This document shows positions 9,083 to 17,002 of a DNA stretch of 20,817 nucleotides, piece by piece. The notes under the pieces are model-generated. The model was not told the origin of the DNA. It saw nothing but the letters and a program-made list of their open reading frames with translations, and did not search any database. Made by a program: the position numbers and the translations under genes. The stretch's first letter is position 1, and the number at the start of each line of letters is the position of its first letter. The DNA comes from Clostridia bacterium (GTDB lineage: Bacteria; Bacillota; Clostridia; UMGS1883), in contig JBJDXJ010000005.1 in assembly GCA_051866635.1 (NCBI GenBank), forward strand, positions 1-20,817. Reading direction: 5' to 3'.

Positions 9083-10621
9083 ATGAAAAAGATTTGCTCT
9101 GTTATTTTAATAGTGGCTATGCTTTTTGTACTGGCAAGCTGTCAGATGAGGCAAAACGGCACAGGCGATGGGGAAGAAAATCTTCAAAACGGTACTGTTA
9201 TAAACCTGCAGATGCGTCAGCCGGACTCCTTTGACCCCCTTCTTACAGAAAGGAAAAGTGTAAGGGATGCACTTTTAATGGTTTATGAACCCCTCTTTAA
9301 CATTACCGATAAATTCGGATGTGAAATGGTTTTGGCTGAAAACTATGCCTTTAACGAGAATGCCACAATTCTTACCGTAAGAATAAAAGAGGGCGTTTTC
9401 TGGCATGATGGTACGCCGTTCATTTCAGATGATGTGGTTTATACGGTAAATAAAATAATGTATAACCCTAAGTCATCCTATTATGACAACTTAAAGAACC
9501 TGCAAAGGGTTGAAAGCCTCAGTAATTATGAGGTTGCCTTTTATCTCAATACATCTGATGCACAGTTTATATACACTTTGTATTTCCCTATTGTAAGCAA
9601 AAATTATACCGACGGTATAATTAACGGCACAGGTGCTTATATGCTTAATGAGGAGGACGGTAAAAGTCTTAAACTTGTGAAAAATCCCCTGTGGCACGGC
9701 GGTGAGGTCTTAACGGAAAATGTAAATGTTATTTATATGCGTACATCACAAATGGCACAGGAGGCATTTTCGTCGGGGAAGCTCCATGCCCTTACAATGG
9801 ATATGATTGATACGGAAAACTTCCCTATTAAGAAAAGTAATACGAAACATTTTTACACTGACGGAATTTTTGAATTTATAGGTTTTAATACGAAAAGGGG
9901 TATTTTTTCTGACCATCTTCTCCGCATTGCGGCTACAAATGCCATAAACCGTGGTGAGATGGAAAAAATCTTCTCTGATGGAACTTCTGCAGGTTTCCCC
10001 GGACTTACGGGAAGCGATGTTTTTTCGCCCTCCTATGAATTGTCCGCCTATAACCTTGATTATGCAAGAGAGGTTATTTTCTCTGCGGGATGGACAGATT
10101 TGGATTATGATTTGTTGCCTGAAAAAATCTTCGACGGCGAAATTAAGAACATGGAATTCACACTTTTATGTGCAAATTCGGACCCCTTACGTCAAGAGGC
10201 GGCATATGCAATAAAGAGCCAGCTTGAAGAAGCCTTGTTTACGGTCAATGTGGAAATTGTAGATGTTGAAGAGTTTAACACAAGGCTTTCGGAGGGGGAT
10301 TTTGATGCCTACATCGGTGGAGCCTACTACGATAAACCGTATGATGTGTATGAGTTTTTTGCAACAAACGGAAAGTTTAATTATCAAGGCTATTCATCCA
10401 ATGAAATGGACAGTGCATTGAAAAACTTTTCAAGTTGTATAAACGAGGCAGACGCACAGGCGGCATTTGAGGTAATATGCTCTGTCTTTGCTGCACAACA
10501 GCCTATTGCAGGGCTTGTATTAAGAAATGCTTTTATTGTTACAAATAAATATATAGAAGGTGAAATAAATCCATATCCATATTCGCCTTATGCAAATGTT
10601 CATAAGTGGATTGTGAAGTGA
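9083..10621 (+). CDS. ABC transporter substrate-binding lipoprotein, family 5 (peptide/nickel type)
   Basis: Lipobox LASC; family-5 motifs FDP, VYEPLF, GVFWHDGTPF.SDDVVYT and NGTGAY. ATG 9083 is better spaced from the GAGG RBS than TTG 9077. Confidence 0.88.
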   Translation: MKKICSVILIVAMLFVLASCQMRQNGTGDGEENLQNGTVINLQMRQPDSFDPLLTERKSVRDALLMVYEPLFNITDKFGCEMVLAENYAFNENATILTVRIKEGVFWHDGTPFISDDVVYTVNKIMYNPKSSYYDNLKNLQRVESLSNYEVAFYLNTSDAQFIYTLYFPIVSKNYTDGIINGTGAYMLNEEDGKSLKLVKNPLWHGGEVLTENVNVIYMRTSQMAQEAFSSGKLHALTMDMIDTENFPIKKSNTKHFYTDGIFEFIGFNTKRGIFSDHLLRIAATNAINRGEMEKIFSDGTSAGFPGLTGSDVFSPSYELSAYNLDYAREVIFSAGWTDLDYDLLPEKIFDGEIKNMEFTLLCANSDPLRQEAAYAIKSQLEEALFTVNVEIVDVEEFNTRLSEGDFDAYIGGAYYDKPYDVYEFFATNGKFNYQGYSSNEMDSALKNFSSCINEADAQAAFEVICSVFAAQQPIAGLVLRNAFIVTNKYIEGEINPYPYSPYANVHKWIVK

Positions 10622-10636
10622 TGAAAGGTGGGTTTT

Positions 10637-12016
10637 ATGAAAAAACTAATAGGCTCCTGGAGCTTTTATAAACGTACGTTGATGATAGCAATTCCCATTA
10701 TGATTCAAAACCTGATTACCAATTTTGTGGCACTTATTGATAATATCATGGTGGGACAAGTTGGAACAGAACAAATGACAGGTGTTGCTATTGTCAATCA
10801 GATTTTGTTTGTTTTTAATTTAACTGTTTTCGGTGCCCTTAGCGGTGCAGGCATATTTTCGGCACAGTTTTTCGGCAAGGGTGATAGGGAGGGCGTGAAA
10901 TACACCTTCAGGTTTAAGCTGATGACGGTAGCTTGTATAACAGCACTTGGTATAGGTATATTTTTAATAGGCGGTGAAAGCCTTATAACAATATACTTAA
11001 ATGAGGGGGATTCAGGCATTGACCCCATTTTAACATTTAATTACGCCAAGGAATATCTGATAATTATGTTAATAGGTCTTGTGCCTTACGCTTTGGAACA
11101 GGTGTATTCGGGTACACTTCGTGAGGGCGGTATTGCAACGGTGCCTATGAACGCAGGCATTGCGGCAGTTATTACAAACACACTTTTGAACGCCCTTTTA
11201 ATATTCGGCTTAGGACCTTTCCCCACTCTTGGTGTAAAAGGTGCGGCAATTGCAACGGTTATTGCAAGATTTCTTCAGGCGGGTATTGTTATTTCATGGA
11301 CTCACATAAAAAGAAATGTGCTTGTCTATCCCAAGAGCGTTTATCGCTCACTGTTTGTGCCTAAAGAGCTTGCCGGGAGGATTACCATCAAAGGTCTTAT
11401 ACCTCTTACCGCAAATGAATGTCTGTGGTCTGCAGGGCTTGCGGTATTGTCCGCTTGCTATGCAATGCGTGGCATTGACGTTGTGGCAGGGCAGAATATA
11501 GCAACAACTGTTGTAAACTTATTTAATGTGCTGTTTATTGCCTTTGGTTCGGGCGTGTCTGTTGTAATCGGACAGATGCTTGGTGCAAACGAATTGAAAG
11601 AGGCGAAGGAAGCGGCACCGAAACTGATTTTCTTTTCCACAGCCATGTGTGTTGTGATTGGAGGCATTATGGCAGTTTTTGCACCCTTGTTCCCAAAACT
11701 TTACAACACCACAGCAGAGGTAAAGGAGCTTGCAACTGCATTTATCATAATAAGTGCAATATGGATGCCTGCCCACGGTATGCTCCATGCTACCTATTTT
11801 ACTCTTCGTGCCGGAGGAAAAACTGTAATAACATTTTTCTTCGATTGCGGATTTTCATGGATTGTAAGTGTGCCTCTGGCGTTCTGCCTTGCAAGTTTCA
11901 CAGGATTAAATATTATAGCCATTTACTTTATCGTTCAAAGTGCAGAACTGATAAAATGCGTTATTGGAGCTGTTCTTATAGGTAAGGGCGTATGGCTAAG
12001 TAATATAGTACAATAG
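10637..12016 (+). CDS. MATE family efflux transporter
   Basis: IAIPIMIQN...DNIMVGQ, AQFFGKG, LNALLIFG...LGVKGAAIATVIAR, LRAGG; about 12 hydrophobic helices. ATG 10637 follows AAGGTG. Confidence 0.93.
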   Translation: MKKLIGSWSFYKRTLMIAIPIMIQNLITNFVALIDNIMVGQVGTEQMTGVAIVNQILFVFNLTVFGALSGAGIFSAQFFGKGDREGVKYTFRFKLMTVACITALGIGIFLIGGESLITIYLNEGDSGIDPILTFNYAKEYLIIMLIGLVPYALEQVYSGTLREGGIATVPMNAGIAAVITNTLLNALLIFGLGPFPTLGVKGAAIATVIARFLQAGIVISWTHIKRNVLVYPKSVYRSLFVPKELAGRITIKGLIPLTANECLWSAGLAVLSACYAMRGIDVVAGQNIATTVVNLFNVLFIAFGSGVSVVIGQMLGANELKEAKEAAPKLIFFSTAMCVVIGGIMAVFAPLFPKLYNTTAEVKELATAFIIISAIWMPAHGMLHATYFTLRAGGKTVITFFFDCGFSWIVSVPLAFCLASFTGLNIIAIYFIVQSAELIKCVIGAVLIGKGVWLSNIVQ

Positions 12017-12028
12017 GAGGATATAGTT

Positions 12029-12289
12029 ATGAAGAAATTTCTTATTTTATCATTATCAGCATTGACTTTTGCTTTGGCTTTCACAGGATGCGGAAAGGAA
12101 ACTGTTCAGATTGAAGACCCCACAGAGGAACCCACAGAGAACATTGTGGTTATCGAAGCTACAGACCAAAGGGTTGTAACAGACCCTGAGGAAATAGAAA
12201 ACCTTGTGGCTCAATACGGTATTCCCATTGAATCGGAAAGCATCGGAAGAATTGTGGAAGCGGAAATTGACGCATCTGTATTTGATTAA
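12029..12289 (+). CDS. Small acidic lipoprotein of unknown function
   Basis: GGAGG RBS, signal peptide with lipobox FTGC, Glu-rich body. Confidence 0.8.
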   Translation: MKKFLILSLSALTFALAFTGCGKETVQIEDPTEEPTENIVVIEATDQRVVTDPEEIENLVAQYGIPIESESIGRIVEAEIDASVFD

Positions 12290-12299
12290 AAGTTGTAAA

Positions 12300-12336
12300 A
12301 AGAAAGGCTATCGGGAATTTCCCGGTAGCCTTTCTT
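12300..12336. terminator. Probable bidirectional terminator between convergent genes
   Basis: AAGAAAGGCTATCGGGA-att-TCCCGGTAGCCTTTCTT, a 17-bp stem with one G-U pair, between the stops at 12289 and 12346. Confidence 0.85.
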
Positions 12337-12345
12337 GTGAGTTTT

Positions 12346-14493
12346 TTATTCAACTTCAGTAATAATTAAAACTTCTACACTGTCTGTCTGTATTGCCTTT
12401 GCACCTGCCTCTGCCTTTTCGGCACCTAAGAAAAGGTTTGAATGTTTGAATACTAAAGTATAACGATCATCATCAATATTCGTAATGGTCATAAGCTCGT
12501 TGTCGCCCTTGCCGCCGTTCCATACAATAAGGTTTTTGCCGCTTTCGGTGCTGTTGCCGGGAACATTGACAGCGTAACCTGAGGCTTTGTTACACAGTAC
12601 ATTTCTGCCCTGCCATTCTCTCATCCTCCAAATCTGATTATCATCACCTGTGTTTTCTTCAAACGTTAAAACACTGCCCTTATTGGAAGCATCCTTTGCT
12701 GTTAAAACAAGGTTTGTTCCGGGAATGGAAATTGTGCAGTAGAAGGCTTCATTATTGTCATCGTCAAAAGCCATTGCATTTTCATAATAGGGCTGATACT
12801 TTTCATAGTAGATGGGGTCTGATGTATAAAGAAGTGCCGCATAAGCTTGAAAACGGTTGGGATAAACCTTTTCAAGCTCTGTAAGGGAATCTTCGTCTGT
12901 TCTCAAAAGGTTGTACATACGGGAAAATTCAGCCAAATCCTCCTCACGGTTTGAATTGCCGTAAGATGACATGGAAATCATATCGTTTTCCCTTGCTCTG
13001 TTCCAAAGGGCAGATTCACTTGTAAGGTTAGAGTCTAAAACGTGACCTAATTCATGGGCAAGAGTATGTGCAATCTGCTTTTCGTTTGGTACCCATGTAA
13101 GACGAATCCAGATTGTGTCGCCGCCGCCGTTATAGCTGTTTGCACTGTCCTGACGGTAGATAAGTCGTTTTATGTGTCGTCTTATTGCGTAAGGGAAACG
13201 GGCAAGTGCATTTATGGCATCTGTTACAATTGGGGAATCTTCCACAGTTGAAATCATTGTCCATTCGTGAACCTGACCTTCAACATCCCCTTCCATTTTA
13301 ACGGAATACTTCCATACGGGAAGCATCGTTCCACGCCATACATCATAGGATTCTTCGTATACTGTGTCAACGATTTCATACTTTGCCTTTTCCTTGTCGG
13401 GAAGGATTTCGCCAAAGTCAACCTGACCGTAAACTGTAATATTCAGACAATCTTTAAGCACATCTACCTGTTCTTCTTCTGAAAGGTTAAAGTAATCTGT
13501 TGTGATAAGTTTGTCTTCAACAGCTGTGTATACACGTGCACCGAAAGGAAGCGTGGTGTAAACGAAGGAGTCAAATCTTTCCTTTGTAACGCTGTCAAGA
13601 GCCTTGTAACCGTCACTCTGCTTGAGAGAACCCATGCTTGTTTCTCCCTTGTATATAAGAGTGAATTTCTGTGTGTCATCACCTGTTAATTCCTCTTGTG
13701 TTGTATATCTTTCTGTTGCTGTAAGAGCAAGAGAGGAATGTTTGAATGTAAATGTGTATGTACCGTCATCGTTAAGTATTGCCTTTACAAGCTGGTTGTC
13801 ACCACCGTTTGAAGTGTACTGTGTAACCTCAACTCCCGGAAGTGTGGAAAATGCGGAAATATCCATGCTTTTACCGGAATTTCTGTTCACTATCTTATAG
13901 TAGCCGTCCCCAACTTGCGTAAATGCCCATATCTGGTTTGTGTTTTTTGCATCTCCTGCAACAACAACCTTGGCACCGTCAGCTGTGTTAGCATGTTCCA
14001 CTGCAAGGTAAAGCGAGGTTGAAGCATGTACAAGTTCAAAATATTTTCCTGAAAGTGTATCGCTTGAAAGTGTATCACTTACGGGTGTTGATACATATAC
14101 TTCACGTGTATCGTCTTTCCATTCTACATCCTTGCCTAATGCTTCGCAAAGGGCACGAAGGGGAAGATAGGTGGAAGAATCAACGATAACGCCTTTTTCT
14201 TCCATAAGTGTGCCGTCAAGGTAAATGTTTATCCCGTCACCCTTTTCTGTTTCTTCGGGTGCTTCACCTACAATAGCACTGCTTGTTTCACTGTCCCAGT
14301 CCACACTGTAACCTAATGCTTCACAAAGGGCACGAAGGGGAAGGAAGGTGGAATCTTTAATAATCACACCGTCTTTCTCAATCCTTTCACCGTCAAGATA
14401 AACGGGGATGCCACCAGCCTCGGATGCAAAAGCCATAGGTGCAAATGAAAGAAGCATCGCCAAAGCAAGGCATAATGATAAAATTTTTTTCAT
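12346..14493 (-). CDS. Secreted multidomain protein: two stalk (copper amine oxidase N-terminal-like) repeats, ricin-B lectin, HExxH zinc metallopeptidase, second ricin-B lectin
   Basis: Signal peptide ending AFA; LPLRALCEALG..V.W twice; ricin-type NQIW and YKIVNRNSGKSMDI repeats; HELGHVLD followed by SYGNSNREEDLAE; GGAGG RBS. Confidence 0.85.
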   Translation of the reverse strand: MKKILSLCLALAMLLSFAPMAFASEAGGIPVYLDGERIEKDGVIIKDSTFLPLRALCEALGYSVDWDSETSSAIVGEAPEETEKGDGINIYLDGTLMEEKGVIVDSSTYLPLRALCEALGKDVEWKDDTREVYVSTPVSDTLSSDTLSGKYFELVHASTSLYLAVEHANTADGAKVVVAGDAKNTNQIWAFTQVGDGYYKIVNRNSGKSMDISAFSTLPGVEVTQYTSNGGDNQLVKAILNDDGTYTFTFKHSSLALTATERYTTQEELTGDDTQKFTLIYKGETSMGSLKQSDGYKALDSVTKERFDSFVYTTLPFGARVYTAVEDKLITTDYFNLSEEEQVDVLKDCLNITVYGQVDFGEILPDKEKAKYEIVDTVYEESYDVWRGTMLPVWKYSVKMEGDVEGQVHEWTMISTVEDSPIVTDAINALARFPYAIRRHIKRLIYRQDSANSYNGGGDTIWIRLTWVPNEKQIAHTLAHELGHVLDSNLTSESALWNRARENDMISMSSYGNSNREEDLAEFSRMYNLLRTDEDSLTELEKVYPNRFQAYAALLYTSDPIYYEKYQPYYENAMAFDDDNNEAFYCTISIPGTNLVLTAKDASNKGSVLTFEENTGDDNQIWRMREWQGRNVLCNKASGYAVNVPGNSTESGKNLIVWNGGKGDNELMTITNIDDDRYTLVFKHSNLFLGAEKAEAGAKAIQTDSVEVLIITEVE
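14135..14343. repeat. Intragenic direct repeat, 32-bp core, 177-bp (59-codon) period
   Basis: CCTAATGCTTC(G/A)CAAAGGGCACGAAGGGGAAG at 14135-14166 and 14312-14343, 31/32 identical. Confidence 0.9.
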
Positions 14494-14556
14494 GTGAAAT
14501 CCTCCTTGTATTATATAGTTTAAATATCCTTTTCAGGGACATTTGCCACCATAACA

Positions 14557-14585
14557 AGTTTAACACTAAAGTCTTTTAAAGTAAA
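14557..14585 (-). promoter_or_regulatory. Putative sigmaA promoter for the secreted metallopeptidase gene
   Basis: Minus strand TTTACT-17 bp-TAAACT with TG extended -10. Confidence 0.5.
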
Positions 14586-14592
14586 GAGAAAT

Positions 14593-14609
14593 GTTACAAT
14601 TCGGTTACA
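14593..14609 (-). promoter_or_regulatory. WalR (YycF)-like / OmpR-family response regulator box
   Basis: Minus strand TGTAAC-cgaat-TGTAAC matches the TGTWAH-N5-TGTWAH consensus exactly. Confidence 0.6.
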
Positions 14610-14613
14610 AAAC

Positions 14614-14642
14614 TTGAAATTTAAAATCAATAGGAGTATAGT
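14614..14642 (+). promoter_or_regulatory. SigmaA-type promoter for DUF896-HPr-fucosidase
   Basis: TTGAAA-17 bp-TATAGT. Confidence 0.6.
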
Positions 14643-14675
14643 TCACCTAAAGCTGAAAAGAAAGGTAGTGAATCA

Positions 14676-14843
14676 ATGGAGCAGGCAAAGATTGACAGAA
14701 TAAACTATCTTGCTAAGAAAAAGAAAGAAGAAGGCTTGAGTGAGGCAGAGCTTATAGAACAAAAGGAACTTAGGGAAGAATATTTACAAGCAATAAGAAA
14801 AAATTTCAGAGCAACTCTTGACAATATTGAAATAACAGATTAA
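14676..14843 (+). CDS. DUF896 (YnzC/UPF0291) family protein, 55 aa, absent from the supplied ORF track
   Basis: Manual translation MEQAKIDRINYLAKKKKEEGLSEAELIEQKELREEYLQAIRKNFRATLDNIEITD*, with the RIN.LA.K.K..GL...E..EQ..LR.EY signature; AAAGGT RBS. Confidence 0.92.
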   Translation: MEQAKIDRINYLAKKKKEEGLSEAELIEQKELREEYLQAIRKNFRATLDNIEITD

Positions 14844-14883
14844 CAAAACATTTTCGTTGTATGGTCAGAAAGGTCGTGATAGC

Positions 14884-15111
14884 ATGAAAAGTTTTAAAGT
14901 AATGCTTTCATCTATTGTTGATGTTAAAAATTTTGTGAATATTGTAAACAAGTTTGATTTTGATTTGGATTTGGTTTCAGGAAGATATGTTGTTGATGCA
15001 AAAAGCCTTATGGCAATTTTTTCATTGGATTTATCTTCTCCCCTGACACTTAGGGTATACACCGAGGAAACAGAAGAGCTATTAAAGAGTCTGAAAGAAT
15101 TTATTGCATAG
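14884..15111 (+). CDS. HPr-family protein lacking the His15 equivalent
   Basis: VDAKSLMAIFSL (Ser46 region) and FVNIVNKFDFD; no GLHARP motif. ATG 14884 follows AAAGGT. Confidence 0.85.
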   Translation: MKSFKVMLSSIVDVKNFVNIVNKFDFDLDLVSGRYVVDAKSLMAIFSLDLSSPLTLRVYTEETEELLKSLKEFIA

Positions 15112-15128
15112 GGATATGAGAGGGTAAA

Positions 15129-16592
15129 ATGGAAAAGTATTTAAAAGAAATTGACAACGTCATAGAAAACGGACGGTTTAAAGATAATTGGGAATCATTG
15201 GGGCAGTACACTGTTCCTTCTTGGTATAAAGATTTAAAGTTTGGCATTTTTATTCATTGGGGTGTGTACAGTGTCCCCGCTTTTTCAAGCGAATGGTACC
15301 CAAGAGGTATGTACATTAAAGGTACATGCGAATATGAACACCATATAAAAACCTACGGTGAACATAAAAATTTTGGATACAAGGACTTTATACCTATGTT
15401 TAAAGCCGAAAAGTTTAACCCCACTGAATGGGCAGAGCTTTTTGAAAATGCAGGTGCACAGTACGTAATCCCCGTTGGGGAGCATCATGACGGCTTCCAG
15501 ATGTATGACAGCGACATTTCAATCTGGAATGCAAAAAATATGGGACCGGGACGGAATGTTTTAGGCGAGCTTTATGATGCTTTTGACAAAAAGGGCTTGG
15601 TAAAAGGTGTTTCTTCACACCGTGTAGAACATTGGTTCTTCTTAGGTCATGGGAAGGAATTTGATTCAGATATAAAGGAACCTTTACAAAGGGGAGATTT
15701 ATACTGGCCTTCCATGCCCGAGGCAGACCACCACGATTTGTTTTCAACACCTGTACCAACAGAGGAATTTTTAAACGACTGGCTTGTAAGGTGTTGTGAA
15801 ATTGTTGATAAATATCAGCCATCCATAATATATTTTGACTGGTGGATTCAGCACAGTGCATTAAAACCCTATTTGAAAAAGTTTGCGGCATATTATTATA
15901 ACCGTGCAACCGAGTGGGGTAAAGAGGTTGTTATCAACTATAAGCATGATGCTTTTCAGTTCGGCACAGCGGTAGTTGATATTGAGCGAGGTCAGCTTGC
16001 CGAGGCAAAGCCTTATGTATGGCAAACCGATACTGCTGTTGCAAAAAACAGCTGGTGCTATACAAAGAACAACAGTTATAAAACATCATCCCAGATAATT
16101 CAGGACTTGGTGGACATTGTAAGCAAAAACGGAAGGCTTCTTCTTAACATAGGCCCCAAGGCAGACGGCACAATCCCCGAGGAGGATAAAAACATTCTTC
16201 TTGAAATCGGTGATTGGCTTAAAATAAACGGAGAAGCAATTTACAGTTCAAAAAGTTGGCGTATTCCCGGTGAAGGACCTACAAAGGTTACGGAAGGTCA
16301 ATTCTCCGATAACGAAGCAAAAAACTATACAAAGGAAGATATTCGATTCACGGTTAAGGGCGAGTGCATTTATGCCATTTGCCTTAATATGAAGGGCAGC
16401 AGTGACGTATGCATTAAATCCCTTAATATTTCCGATTGCTCTGTAAAACCTAACTTCTCCGGAATTATAAAGGATGTAAAGGTTTTGGGCCATGATAAAT
16501 GCCAATGGACCCGTGATACGGAAGGGTTACATATTACAACAGATTTTATAGATACGGATAAGCCTGTTGTATTTAAAATAATAATTGAATAA
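15129..16592 (+). CDS. Alpha-L-fucosidase (GH29), cytoplasmic
   Basis: KFGIFIHWGVYSVP, EWY, EHHDGF, IYFDWW (nucleophile region), DIVSKNG.LLLNIGP.ADGTIP and WL..NGEAIY; no signal peptide. Confidence 0.93.
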   Translation: MEKYLKEIDNVIENGRFKDNWESLGQYTVPSWYKDLKFGIFIHWGVYSVPAFSSEWYPRGMYIKGTCEYEHHIKTYGEHKNFGYKDFIPMFKAEKFNPTEWAELFENAGAQYVIPVGEHHDGFQMYDSDISIWNAKNMGPGRNVLGELYDAFDKKGLVKGVSSHRVEHWFFLGHGKEFDSDIKEPLQRGDLYWPSMPEADHHDLFSTPVPTEEFLNDWLVRCCEIVDKYQPSIIYFDWWIQHSALKPYLKKFAAYYYNRATEWGKEVVINYKHDAFQFGTAVVDIERGQLAEAKPYVWQTDTAVAKNSWCYTKNNSYKTSSQIIQDLVDIVSKNGRLLLNIGPKADGTIPEEDKNILLEIGDWLKINGEAIYSSKSWRIPGEGPTKVTEGQFSDNEAKNYTKEDIRFTVKGECIYAICLNMKGSSDVCIKSLNISDCSVKPNFSGIIKDVKVLGHDKCQWTRDTEGLHITTDFIDTDKPVVFKIIIE

Positions 16593-16606
16593 AAATTTAA
16601 AAAAAT

Positions 16607-16650
16607 AGTTGCAAAAGTGGTTTTCTTATGTTATAATCACTTTTGCAACT
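16607..16650 (+). promoter_or_regulatory. SigmaA promoter of tRNA-Leu, enclosed by a 13-bp inverted repeat
   Basis: TTGCAA (16609)-17 bp-TATAAT (16632) with TG extension. AGTTGCAAAAGTG (16607-16619) pairs with CACTTTTGCAACT (16638-16650). Confidence 0.75.
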
Positions 16651-16656
16651 GAATAA

Positions 16657-16743
16657 GCCGATGTGATGGAATTGGCAGACGTAACGGACTCAAAATCCGT
16701 CGGTGGCAACACCGTGTGGGTTCGACTCCCACCATCGGCACCA
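16657..16743 (+). tRNA. tRNA-Leu (anticodon CAA)
   Basis: Acceptor GCCGATG/CATCGGC-A-CCA, D-loop TTGGCAGAC, anticodon arm ACGGA-ctCAAaa-TCCGT, long variable arm, GGTTCGACTCC. Confidence 0.98.
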
Positions 16744-16782
16744 AAACAAAAATCCTATCGCAAGATGGGATTTTTTGTTTTG
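16744..16782 (+). terminator. Intrinsic terminator after tRNA-Leu
   Basis: AAAAATCCTATC-gcaa-GATGGGATTTTTT-GTTTTG, with a GNRA loop and U-tract. Confidence 0.85.
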
Positions 16783-16785
16783 TAT

Positions 16786-16878
16786 TATTCATTATTAATT
16801 ATTCAATATTCATCATTCATTAAGAAAGGATTTTTGTAATGAATAATGAAGTCGCCTACGGCTGATGAATAATGAACA
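16786..16878. repeat. Inverted heptamer arrays: (TATTCAT)x5 facing (ATGAATA)x4
   Basis: tattcat-tattaat-tattcaa-tattcat-cattcat (16786-16820); atgaata-atgaagt (16839-16852); a GC-rich spacer; atgaata-atgaaca (16865-16878). Confidence 0.85.
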
Positions 16879-16947
16879 ATACGGTTATGTTGTATAATTT
16901 TCATAAGATAAAAAAATTTGTCAACAGATGCAATCGATAAATTTATC

Positions 16948-16976
16948 TTGACAGATTAAATTAGAAAGGTTATAAT
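16948..16976 (+). promoter_or_regulatory. Consensus sigmaA promoter for the Fur-family gene
   Basis: TTGACA-17 bp-TATAAT. Confidence 0.85.
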
Positions 16977-16999
16977 ATTATTAGAATAATTCTAATAAT
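16977..16999. promoter_or_regulatory. Per-box-like operator, perfect 11-1-11 palindrome
   Basis: ATTATTAGAAT-A-ATTCTAATAAT. The core TTAGAAT-n-ATTCTAA resembles the B. subtilis Per box TTATAAT-n-ATTATAA and covers the predicted +1. Confidence 0.8.
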
Positions 17000-17002
17000 G
17001 AG

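Noticed and set aside
14631-14644. Possible LexA box before the ynzC-like gene (ynzC is SOS-linked in B. subtilis)
   Set aside because: Only the GTTC half of GAAC-N4-GTTC is present.
14857-14883. Upstream TTG start for the HPr-like ORF
   Set aside because: The RBS-like AAAGGT lies within this extension and suits ATG 14884.
16786-16878. CRISPR array
   Set aside because: Units are 7 bp and contiguous, with no unique spacers and no cas genes.
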